NCBI RefSeq assembly: GCF_000621645.1 | Contig: NZ_JHXR01000010.1 | Span: forward strand, 116,483-148,482 | Length of the DNA: 32,000 bases | Reading direction: 5' to 3' | Source of the DNA: Vibrio cholerae ATCC 14035 | Lineage (GTDB): Bacteria; Pseudomonadota; Gammaproteobacteria; Enterobacterales; Vibrionaceae | Position numbers and translations under genes: made by a program | Shown: piece after piece, positions 18,370-26,970 of the stretch | Layout of the letters: each line of letters begins with the position of its first letter | How positions within the stretch are numbered: position 1 is the first letter of the stretch | Notes under the pieces: model-generated | Database searches by the model: none | Told to the model about the DNA's origin: nothing | Seen by the model: the letters and a program-made list of their open reading frames with translations, nothing else

Positions 18370-18434
18370 CACGAATTTCCTATAAGTGGCTGGGTTGCCG
18401 TTGTGTTTCACTTGAACGAGGCTCACTTTAGGCG

Positions 18435-18479
18435 GTGAATATGACAATTATGTTTCACTTAATTGAACCCTCTATGACA
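18435..18479 (-). promoter_or_regulatory. Tandem Pho boxes (PhoB sites) of the pstSCAB promoter
   Basis: The minus strand reads TGTCATAgaggGTTCAATtaagTGAAACAtaatTGTCATAttcac. That is four 7-bp direct repeats at exact 11-bp periodicity, and the outer two match the PhoB consensus TGTCATA. A candidate -10 (TAAAGT) follows. Confidence 0.75.
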
Positions 18480-18739
18480 CCTTTCGCTTATTGTTCATAA
18501 AATCCACAGACATAGCGTTTTCACCCAAGCGGTTATCAAGGTTGCAACAAAAAATTCACCCCAAAAGCTAACTATTTCTTCCATCAGCAACATCAGGATA
18601 AAAATGTGACCAGAGTCAATGTTTAGTCATCAATCTTGGTTTGCAAGCGATTGCAATCTCATCATTGATGCTTATTATCGGAGGGCATTTATTTTAAATA
18701 ACGATAATTATTCTTAATAACTTTTAGAAGAGGATCACC

Positions 18740-20383
18740 ATGCGCCAGTTACTCAGCGGCTTGTCTATCAAGCTGCAGGTTGTAGTACCGGTATTTTTCA
18801 CTCTGTTGTTACTGATCATTGGCATTACCTTCAGTACCTCCAGCTTAAAAACCGCCTTCCACCAAGTTACCGTCTCTACTGAACAACTCATCACCGATAA
18901 AGATAATCTCACCACTCTGATTGATAACACGTATGCGATGCGCATCAGCGCCATTTATAGTCTGTTCCGTCCCGCTGAAGTGACCGCCCTTCCTAACGTT
19001 CTTAAAGAAAAACAAACCGAAAACTTGGCGCTCTTACGCAGCCTTGCGGATAATCCCGAACTGAAAAATGAAGTCGCAGGGCTTACACAAGCTATGCAGC
19101 GTTATGTGGATTACTCGATTCAAACCATGATCCCATTACTGAACATCGAACACAGTGACCAAGAGAAAGACGAGCGATTTACCGCCCAGTATGAACAGGC
19201 CACCGCAGAATATCGCAAGGTGGGCAATGAGATGATTAAAGCCATCGATGTGCTATCCAATCGCTTAAACCAAGTGGCTATGACGACCATTGATGAGAGT
19301 GAGCATGAGCACGATTCAGTCATGTCTCAATCCACGTTTGCTTTAATCGGTATTTTACTGGTCGCTGCGCTAAGTAGTTGGCTACTGGCGGGCATCATTG
19401 TCACCCCAATTCGTCAGTTGCAACAAACGGTACGTGAAATCGCAAAAGGTAATTTACTGGTTAAAGCCCAAGAAGAGGGCAATAACGAAATCACCCTTCT
19501 GGCCCGTGATGTCAACGCCACGGTGACTCAACTGCGCCAAACGGTAGAGAGCTTAGTGCGCATCAGTACCGATGTCGCTTCTGCCTCAACCGAATTAGCG
19601 ACGGTGATGACTCAAGCCAGTGTCAACTCCGATCAAGAGAAACAGGAAGTTGAACAAGTGGCTTCAGCCGTCAACCAGCTGCAAAGCACCGCACAAAGTG
19701 TGACTGATCATGCACACAGTGCGGATGGCGCAGCACAACAAGCCAACCAACTGGCATCTCAAAGCTTACGGATGTTTGAAGAGAGCCACCGCGCAACCGC
19801 GAAAATGGCTGACCAACTCAGAGAAGCCGCACAAGTGGTCAATCAACTGAAGGAGCAATCTGAACGCATTGGTAATGTAACAGAAGTGATCCGTAGTATT
19901 TCTGAGCAGACAAACCTTCTGGCACTGAATGCCGCGATTGAAGCGGCTCGCGCGGGAGAAAGCGGACGCGGATTTGCTGTAGTAGCCGATGAAGTGCGTA
20001 TGTTAGCCGCGCGTACACAGACCTCGACTCAAGAGATCCAAGCCATTATTGAAGAGCTGCAAAACCAATCCAATACCGCTAACAGCAGTATGCATTCAAG
20101 CTTAAGCCTGCTTGAGCAAAACCAATCTTTAGCAGCCAAAGTCAGTGCATCTCTCACTGAAATCAATCATTCGATCAGTGCCTTGGGTCAGATCAACGCG
20201 CAAGTGGCAACCGCTTCCGAAGAACAAAGCCAAGTGACCAAAGACATCAACCGCAACCTCAGCAATATTTATGAACTGGTTAGCCAAAATGTGACTGGCA
20301 TTACTCAATCAGCAGCAGCAAGCCATGAGCTGTCCGACCTTGCCGAGCAGCAACACCAGCAGCTCCAGTATTTTCGCGTGTAA
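18740..20383 (+). CDS. Methyl-accepting chemotaxis protein
   Basis: Two TM segments flank a periplasmic ligand-binding region of about 185 aa, followed by a HAMP domain. The highly conserved signalling hairpin is present ([38 protein letters not shown]). Confidence 0.9.
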   Translation: MRQLLSGLSIKLQVVVPVFFTLLLLIIGITFSTSSLKTAFHQVTVSTEQLITDKDNLTTLIDNTYAMRISAIYSLFRPAEVTALPNVLKEKQTENLALLRSLADNPELKNEVAGLTQAMQRYVDYSIQTMIPLLNIEHSDQEKDERFTAQYEQATAEYRKVGNEMIKAIDVLSNRLNQVAMTTIDESEHEHDSVMSQSTFALIGILLVAALSSWLLAGIIVTPIRQLQQTVREIAKGNLLVKAQEEGNNEITLLARDVNATVTQLRQTVESLVRISTDVASASTELATVMTQASVNSDQEKQEVEQVASAVNQLQSTAQSVTDHAHSADGAAQQANQLASQSLRMFEESHRATAKMADQLREAAQVVNQLKEQSERIGNVTEVIRSISEQTNLLALNAAIEAARAGESGRGFAVVADEVRMLAARTQTSTQEIQAIIEELQNQSNTANSSMHSSLSLLEQNQSLAAKVSASLTEINHSISALGQINAQVATASEEQSQVTKDINRNLSNIYELVSQNVTGITQSAAASHELSDLAEQQHQQLQYFRV

Positions 20384-20405
20384 ATGACTCGGTGCTCTTT
20401 ATGAC

Positions 20406-20445
20406 ATAAAAAAGGTCTGGCTAAGCCAGACCTTTGTCTTTTTCG
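20406..20445. terminator. Bidirectional terminator between the MCP gene and the end of the five-gene operon
   Basis: An 11-bp stem aaaggtctggc/gccagaccttt with an A-run upstream and a T-run downstream. Confidence 0.75.
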
Positions 20446-20516
20446 TGCCGCTTATTTTTAGAGCTAACACCACTGCCCTTCAAGCAAGATGGGGACAGCA
20501 GAAATAAGCATGCCTA

Positions 20517-21077
20517 TTACTCATCCGCCACAAGGAGCAACCCCATTTCATGAGCGTGAATCGAGTACGCATAAATCTCGCCGTTAATGGCATCCCACGT
20601 CCAAGCTTCTTCACGCTCAATACGCGTGGTATTACTCCATAAATAAGCGGCATAGTTGCCCACCTCGGTCACTAAGCCAGAGGCAAACGCCGTCTCATTC
20701 GCCGCTGGCGCAAAGCAGGCTTGTTCGGTCAAACTGCTTAGCTCTTTGATGTTTGGCATGCGCCACTGTTTAACACCCGCAAACTGGTGTAAACGGTGAC
20801 GGCTACCCGGGTGATTGATCGCTTGCACTTCTTGCAGTGCCGCTTGCCAGCGCAGAGGTTGCGCCTGTCCTGTACAACGTCCTTGCTCAGCATTCCACTC
20901 TTTGCCAAAGGTGCAGCGCATCCACGTTAACCCTGTGTGCAGGTCTTTTACTGTTCCTTGGGTGCTGTACACATAACGTAAGTTGGGTGCGGTGCGCATA
21001 ATATCACTTGCACACTCTTGCGCCATTACCGGTAAGCTCAACGCCAACAGAGTGGCCATAGTCGAGAGGGTTTTCAT
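20517..21077 (-). CDS. Exported DUF1566 (Lcl C-terminal, lectin-like) domain protein, 186 aa
   Basis: A signal peptide MKTLSTMATLLALSLPVMA. The DUF1566 hallmarks are present (DLHTGLTWMRC...; QWRMPNIKELSSL), along with several Cys residues. Its ATG overlaps the upstream stop (ATGA). Confidence 0.75.
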   Translation of the reverse strand: MKTLSTMATLLALSLPVMAQECASDIMRTAPNLRYVYSTQGTVKDLHTGLTWMRCTFGKEWNAEQGRCTGQAQPLRWQAALQEVQAINHPGSRHRLHQFAGVKQWRMPNIKELSSLTEQACFAPAANETAFASGLVTEVGNYAAYLWSNTTRIEREEAWTWDAINGEIYAYSIHAHEMGLLLVADE

Positions 21078-22516
21078 TCTTGATTCTCCACTGGGTTGGC
21101 AACCATACGCACTGGAAGCAGCAAGGAGCTACCCGAATCCGCTTCTTTATTCTGGTCATAGATTTCGATCACGCTGACTTCACCCTTAGCTAAGCCTAAG
21201 TGACTAATAAATCTGTAGGAGTGGGAGCCATTAGCCATTAATAACGAATAATTCATATAACTCACGGCAGAAGTCCAAGTATGGCCAGAGTAATCTTCGT
21301 TCTGGCTCTGCTGCGGAAAATAGCTCACGCTCAATGCCTGCGCCTCTTCGCCAGTCTCGCCAAAATCAAACAGGTTGAACAACTCTAGGCTGGTTGGTAA
21401 TCGCCAATGACGGATCCCACAACGCGCAGTTTGGTTTAGATGTGTAATGTATTGCGCCGTCGTACAGACTTCATCACCAGCACTATGGCAGGTGGCTTCT
21501 TCCACATCCTCAGCATAAGGACTAAAACGCCCAGGGATCTCAAGGGCAAACAGGCGTTCTTTGTGATTAAGCGAGGTCGTATCTGCACTTTTCACTTCCC
21601 ACACCAATCCGGTTACTTCATCGCGTACACAAGACCACTCACTTGCGCTGTCGCTCAGTGGGTTACCCGCCGCATCGAGTTTGCGCATCGTGAAGGCTGA
21701 CTTGCCCGATAGAGCATCACGACCATACTCGGCATCCTGCTCTGGATAATCACTGTTGGGGATATAACCGACAACACCCCCTTCTTCATAAAAAGTGACC
21801 AGCCCAGTATCGTTTAGCGGCACTTGGCGAGGAACGCGTTTCGCCAACTGTGTCACGTACTCCGTAAGCTGCACCTCACTCAAAGCGTTGTGGACTATGC
21901 CAGGATGTTCATCGCCAAAGGTTTGCGCCAAGGCGGCTAGCACTTGCGTGCGCTTTTCTGTGGCGATGAGTGGCAAAATCTCCAGCATATTGGCTTCAAG
22001 CTGGGCTAATGAATTTTGCGTAAATAGCGTCTGCAGATCCCGGGGAGCGGAGATGCCACGCTGTTCGAGCTGGGCGAGAAAGAGTTTAATTGCGTCGGCT
22101 TCGGTGTAACCAGCCACCATTAACGCCGCAAACAGGGTGCTCACACCGTTGATGAGTCGATCCCCCGCTCGGTTTAACCCCGGAGCGGCAAGCACAATAT
22201 TGGCTGAATCATTGTCTGCCGAGCGCGCAGCACTGGCACGGCTCACTTCAGCCAAAATAGGCAATGAATAGAGTGATTTATCCAAGCTTCTTAGCGTAAA
22301 ACGACCATTGCTGTCCGCTTGGGTGGTAAATTCGCCGCTATCACAAGTGAAGTTTTGGTTACGGTCTAAGCAGATTTTGCTGTTCAGTGCGACGTTTTGC
22401 GCGCTCAACGAGCCCGATAAAACGTATTCAGGCAGACTCGTCTCCAGCGCAGCATCTTCACCGCCACAACCAGCCATCAGTAGCGCCATACTGATCAAAG
22501 AGTAGTGATATTTCAT
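21074..22516 (-). CDS. Lipoprotein with a novel N-terminal region and a C-terminal DUF1566 domain, 480 aa
   Basis: A lipobox LLMAG-C (MKYHYSLISMALLMAGCGG). The C-terminus carries DEVTGLVWEVKS and HWRLPTSLELFNL. There are ATGA overlaps at both ends. Confidence 0.75.
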   Translation of the reverse strand: MKYHYSLISMALLMAGCGGEDAALETSLPEYVLSGSLSAQNVALNSKICLDRNQNFTCDSGEFTTQADSNGRFTLRSLDKSLYSLPILAEVSRASAARSADNDSANIVLAAPGLNRAGDRLINGVSTLFAALMVAGYTEADAIKLFLAQLEQRGISAPRDLQTLFTQNSLAQLEANMLEILPLIATEKRTQVLAALAQTFGDEHPGIVHNALSEVQLTEYVTQLAKRVPRQVPLNDTGLVTFYEEGGVVGYIPNSDYPEQDAEYGRDALSGKSAFTMRKLDAAGNPLSDSASEWSCVRDEVTGLVWEVKSADTTSLNHKERLFALEIPGRFSPYAEDVEEATCHSAGDEVCTTAQYITHLNQTARCGIRHWRLPTSLELFNLFDFGETGEEAQALSVSYFPQQSQNEDYSGHTWTSAVSYMNYSLLMANGSHSYRFISHLGLAKGEVSVIEIYDQNKEADSGSSLLLPVRMVANPVENQE

Positions 22517-24819
22517 GATTGAGTCCCCTTGTTAGCCCAACGACGACGAGAGAAAGCGCTCAGCAGAAGCAGCAAGCCTAAAGTGAGAGAACCACTGCCC
22601 GCCGCGACGTCTTCTTCACTATTGGTCGTGCTTGTTTGATCTTTGACTTCTTTATCACAGGTGTAGTGGGTCACTTCACCGACTCCCCATAAATGTAAAG
22701 TACCCACATTGCCCACGACATTATCGAGGATCTCCAAGCGCCAATTGCCATCTAACCGTTCACCGCGTAGCACTTGCAGCGCCTTTTGATGCGCTAATAC
22801 CCAATAGTCATCCAGCTGCGCAACCGGCGTGGTTTGGTTATTGAGGATCTCAACTCGGGTACCTTGTGGGGAAATCAAGGTGATACGCAAATCCTGCATA
22901 TTGCTGTGGCTAAGTTTCACGCGCAGCGCAAAATCATCGCCCACGATGCGTGCGGCGCCTTCCACAAAGAAGTTGTAGCTTTTAAAACCTGAAGCGAGTT
23001 TGCCATCACTGCTCAACTGCGCATCACGCAAGGTTGAGTTCAAGGTCGTAAAGGTTTGTGCCATCTTAGGAAGACCAAACACGACAGGTAACTCCGCCTG
23101 CCAAGTTTGCTGGCCTAAGAAGTGGGCATACTGGTAGTTAAAATCGACCTTAACCGAGGTCGCTACACCACATTGGTAATCGGTTGGTGCAGGCAATCGC
23201 CACACCACATTAGCCAGATTGTCTTGGCTAAAAGTATGAGTTTGCCCAGCCATCACCACCGTGGCTTGCGTCGTTGCCGAGCGCTCTGTCGCGTTGACGT
23301 AAAGGTTTTGAGTTGCGAGCGGGTCAAGGTACTTTTTAGCAAACGCCGCTTGGAACGGTGCTTGCAGCAAACCGTGATGCTGCAAATTGCGCTGTAAGAT
23401 CAGCTTATAGTCTTTATCTGGATACAGTGCGTTGGCCACATACAGCATGTTTTGTGCAAGGTCGTGCATCAATACCCCACGCCCTACGCCAAACATGGAC
23501 TCCAACACTACAGTGTTGAACTCATCAAAGGCGCTGACCCCATATTGCTCAACCGCCTGCTTCAAGCTTTGAAACAAAGGGGTCGACCAGAGTTCATCAC
23601 CTAAATGACCCGCTTCACGCTCATGGGCACGATAATCCCCTGCAGAGTAATAACGCGCCGCGAGGTTAGCCAAACTGCGAGTGGAAATTGTGGTTCCAAA
23701 ATAACCATCCCAGTTGAACAGGGTGTCAATTTCAAACGCTTTGCCTTGTTCATACTGGTTACGGTAGCTGTGCGCTCCCGCCCAATAGTCGCCAAACCCT
23801 TCGCCTAACGCGCCAGTATGGCCGTACGCCCAGTCCGGAACCATGTGGTAGTGAATAGCATGACCAAGTTCATGCCAGATGATATCGGCATCCAGCGCAT
23901 CGTGAGAGACGCCTTCACCAAATAAAATGACATTAGGGCCCACATAGTATGAGGAGTTGTTGGTTGAGAGCGCGGCGGCATCAAACAGTACTGGTTCGAT
24001 GCCTGAGCCATCGGCTTTATTGAACAGGTCATAACCGAGCGAATTCAAATAGCGTAGCGAATTATCCAGATGCGCAAACGCCATGATCTGTTTAAAACCG
24101 TCATCTTCCATTTTTACGGCTTGTAACTCAGCGATCGAACTCCAGCTCATGATGACGCTATCAGCAGGTGCAAGGGAAACACCACTCTCAACATAGGTAC
24201 TGCTATTTGCTTCTTTTTCTAAGATGGCTTGTGCATCGACCATCTTTACCCGCTCGTTAGCAAGATAATAGCGGCCACCCGATTGCAACAATGACACTTC
24301 GGTTCGTACATACTGCGCAGGGTTGGGATAATCCTCTATTGTTGCCCAAGGCGTCGCAGGGGCCGCCAACCCATCCATGGTGCGCAAGTCAGGGTCAAAA
24401 ATCGAAACGTCAACGTTAATCGGGCTCCCCGTCGTTAATTCAGGCGGTTGAAGAGCGGTTAAACGCTGTGGGGCAACCAATTCAGCGGCGACACTCGGCA
24501 CGCCGTTAACCAGCACGGTATCATTGAGGCTTTTAAACACTCGAGTGACATTGCCCTGCTTATCGGTAGAGATAACCACCGTTTTTTGTGCCTGCACTTC
24601 ACCATTTTGGGTCAAGTCAAAATTGTAATGGGTACCAAGCAGGCTGGTTTTGCGATAATGCAGTGCTGGCTGGCCCACTTGTGGATAGTACTTTTCGACA
24701 AACGCCAGTGCCTGCGCCTCGTTCAGCACTTTATCGCTGGTGGCCGGATAATCCCACTGCGCCGCTGAGGCTAAAGGGGCTAATAGACTGGCTATAATTA
24801 AGGTCAACGTTGATTTCAT
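22513..24819 (-). CDS. Secreted zinc metalloprotease: signal peptide, FTP/PepSY-like propeptide, HEXXH...E catalytic domain, proprotein-convertase P-domain, GlyGly-CTERM tail
   Basis: A signal peptide MKSTLTLIIASLLAPLASA. The zinc motif HELGH is at nt 23860-23874, with a downstream GEGFGDYWA. A P-domain-like segment is present (DLRITLISPQGTRVEIL...GNWRLEILDN..GNVGTLHLWGV). The C-terminal AAGSGSLTLGLLLLLSAFSRRRW lies at nt 22537-22605. Confidence 0.85.
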   Translation of the reverse strand: MKSTLTLIIASLLAPLASAAQWDYPATSDKVLNEAQALAFVEKYYPQVGQPALHYRKTSLLGTHYNFDLTQNGEVQAQKTVVISTDKQGNVTRVFKSLNDTVLVNGVPSVAAELVAPQRLTALQPPELTTGSPINVDVSIFDPDLRTMDGLAAPATPWATIEDYPNPAQYVRTEVSLLQSGGRYYLANERVKMVDAQAILEKEANSSTYVESGVSLAPADSVIMSWSSIAELQAVKMEDDGFKQIMAFAHLDNSLRYLNSLGYDLFNKADGSGIEPVLFDAAALSTNNSSYYVGPNVILFGEGVSHDALDADIIWHELGHAIHYHMVPDWAYGHTGALGEGFGDYWAGAHSYRNQYEQGKAFEIDTLFNWDGYFGTTISTRSLANLAARYYSAGDYRAHEREAGHLGDELWSTPLFQSLKQAVEQYGVSAFDEFNTVVLESMFGVGRGVLMHDLAQNMLYVANALYPDKDYKLILQRNLQHHGLLQAPFQAAFAKKYLDPLATQNLYVNATERSATTQATVVMAGQTHTFSQDNLANVVWRLPAPTDYQCGVATSVKVDFNYQYAHFLGQQTWQAELPVVFGLPKMAQTFTTLNSTLRDAQLSSDGKLASGFKSYNFFVEGAARIVGDDFALRVKLSHSNMQDLRITLISPQGTRVEILNNQTTPVAQLDDYWVLAHQKALQVLRGERLDGNWRLEILDNVVGNVGTLHLWGVGEVTHYTCDKEVKDQTSTTNSEEDVAAGSGSLTLGLLLLLSAFSRRRWANKGTQS

Positions 24820-24828
24820 CTTAAATTC

Positions 24829-26970
24829 CTAGAACACATACTTAGCGTGCACGGTGAAATAGCGTCCCGGCTCCGTGGAATAGAGGGTGTCACTTGGCGT
24901 CACACCAGCGACATCTTGATAGCGCGTGTATTCTCGATCGAGCAGGTTAACCACGTTGAAACTGGCACTCAGCTGTGCGTTCCATTGGTAGTTGAGGCCG
25001 ATGTCCCAACTCACCCAACCTGTGGTCGTGGCACATTCAGTTTCTTTGCCTTGCTCTGTGGTGCAAGTCGGCACTCGGCTCATGGCACTCGCCCAGTTCA
25101 GGCGGCTGTAAGCGTCCCATCGCTCTCTTTGGTAGTTGAGCTGCACACTCCCTTCTAGTGGGGTTAAGGTGCGCACGTATTGGTTTTCACCATCTTTACC
25201 ATCCACGTATCCGAGCTTATTTTCGACACTCCAACGATCATCTAGACGATGCATTACCGACATTTCAGCCCCGTAGGTTTTGACGCCCGCGATATTTTGG
25301 TACTGCTGAATCACCGACCCTGTGGCGTTGTCATAACCGACTTGTTTGACATCAATAAAGTTATCGAAGATGGAATAAAACACGGCCACGTAAAATTGCG
25401 TCTGACCATTGTCGTATTTGCTGCCCAACTCGAAACTGTCGCTGGTTTCAGCGCGTAACTTATTGTTGGGCTTGATAATAAATGGCGTTAGCGGGACAAA
25501 ACTGTGATCGCTTGCGCCATACGCTTTGTCATAACTTGGCGCACGGAAGCCGTGGTTGTAGCTCAGGTAAGTATTCCATTCTGGATGCCATTGATAAGAG
25601 ATTGAGGCACTGGGTGACCACTCACTGCTCCCCATGGTCACCACTTTGTAGCCATGAATACGATCGGTATTTTTAGGGCTCAATTTTTGCGCATCAAAAC
25701 GCAAACCCGCAGCCAGCGTCCAATCGCCTAAGAGGAGATTGTCTTGTCCGTAGACGCCAAAACGGTACTCACGCGCAGGAGCAAACGGCTCATCGGCTTG
25801 TAAATCGTCACCTGAAGATTCCATCCGTCGAATCGATTTCGGACGCTGGTAATCATGACCATCAACGCTCATACCGTAAGCAAACTGATGCAGCCACTCA
25901 CCTTGTTGCCACTCTTTTTGCGCATTGAGCGTGGCTCCTAACGCCTCATCATTGAACCCTTCATCACGCAGTTCACGACGATAGGAGAGGATGCCAGCGC
26001 CAGACCGATCATTCGCCATCAAACGGTTCGTCTGTGTGATGTTTTCTGTACTGCGCCAGTAGAATTTTCCTTCCAGCGTATCCATCCAACTTAGATTAGC
26101 CGTGTAATCGGCACCAACGCTGGCCAGACGCGTTTGGCTGCGTTGATACTCGTAAAAGCTGACCAGATCCCACTTGTCATCTTTTTGGATAGAAGAGGTG
26201 CCTTCGCGACGCTTGGCATAATCATCAAAATACTCTAAGTGCGTTTTTAAACGCAGCGCATCGTTTAACCAATAATGATGGGAGAACCCAAGGTTGTAAC
26301 CATCCACTTCGCGGTTATACAGATCTTGATTAAAGTTACGTGTCTCTTCACCTTGCCAGTAGTCGATCGTGAGCAGCGCCTCGCCATCACCGTGACGCAT
26401 GGCTAACGCGTGGTTACCTTGGTAGCGGTTGCTGATGCCTGAGTAGGTCAATGCGGCATCCACGTAATAATCACGGTGGTACAAATAATCTTCCGGCGCT
26501 TTACTTTCGATGATCACGACGCCACCAATCGCACCAGAACCGTATAGGGTTGAACTCGCGCCCTTCACCACTTGGATCTGTTTCACATTGCTCAGGCTAA
26601 ATGTGTTACGGCCATACTTGTCGTTAATATCTGCAGCGCCATAACCATCCGCACTTTGAATGCCATCACGAACAATCGCTATCCGGTTGCCGGTCATGCC
26701 ACGAATCGTAATATTTTGTGGGCGTCCCGCTCCGCCAGTCACGCTGACACCCGGCTCTTGATTCAATGCATCGTACAACTCGGTCTTGCCTTGCTTTTCA
26801 AGGGTTTCCCCTTCAAGCACTGCCACTGAGCCCGCCACTTCTGACAAAGGCTGCTCAATGCGATTGGCCGTCACCACCACTTCTTCGTAGTGGCTAGGCT
26901 CAGTTTCGGCATGAGCGAACCCTGCCGCGAGTACGCTAAGTACCGCAGCTGATACTGGAGAAAGCTTCAT
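24829..26970 (-). CDS. hutR: TonB-dependent outer-membrane receptor of the heme-receptor class
   Basis: A signal peptide, a TonB box (EEVVVTA), a plug domain and a C-terminal aromatic residue (KYVF). The heme-receptor signature FRAP-(10 aa)-H-(10 aa)-PNNKL (an NPNL-box variant) is at nt 25456-25548. The symbol comes from memory of the V. cholerae ptrB-hutR locus. Confidence 0.8.
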   Translation of the reverse strand: MKLSPVSAAVLSVLAAGFAHAETEPSHYEEVVVTANRIEQPLSEVAGSVAVLEGETLEKQGKTELYDALNQEPGVSVTGGAGRPQNITIRGMTGNRIAIVRDGIQSADGYGAADINDKYGRNTFSLSNVKQIQVVKGASSTLYGSGAIGGVVIIESKAPEDYLYHRDYYVDAALTYSGISNRYQGNHALAMRHGDGEALLTIDYWQGEETRNFNQDLYNREVDGYNLGFSHHYWLNDALRLKTHLEYFDDYAKRREGTSSIQKDDKWDLVSFYEYQRSQTRLASVGADYTANLSWMDTLEGKFYWRSTENITQTNRLMANDRSGAGILSYRRELRDEGFNDEALGATLNAQKEWQQGEWLHQFAYGMSVDGHDYQRPKSIRRMESSGDDLQADEPFAPAREYRFGVYGQDNLLLGDWTLAAGLRFDAQKLSPKNTDRIHGYKVVTMGSSEWSPSASISYQWHPEWNTYLSYNHGFRAPSYDKAYGASDHSFVPLTPFIIKPNNKLRAETSDSFELGSKYDNGQTQFYVAVFYSIFDNFIDVKQVGYDNATGSVIQQYQNIAGVKTYGAEMSVMHRLDDRWSVENKLGYVDGKDGENQYVRTLTPLEGSVQLNYQRERWDAYSRLNWASAMSRVPTCTTEQGKETECATTTGWVSWDIGLNYQWNAQLSASFNVVNLLDREYTRYQDVAGVTPSDTLYSTEPGRYFTVHAKYVF

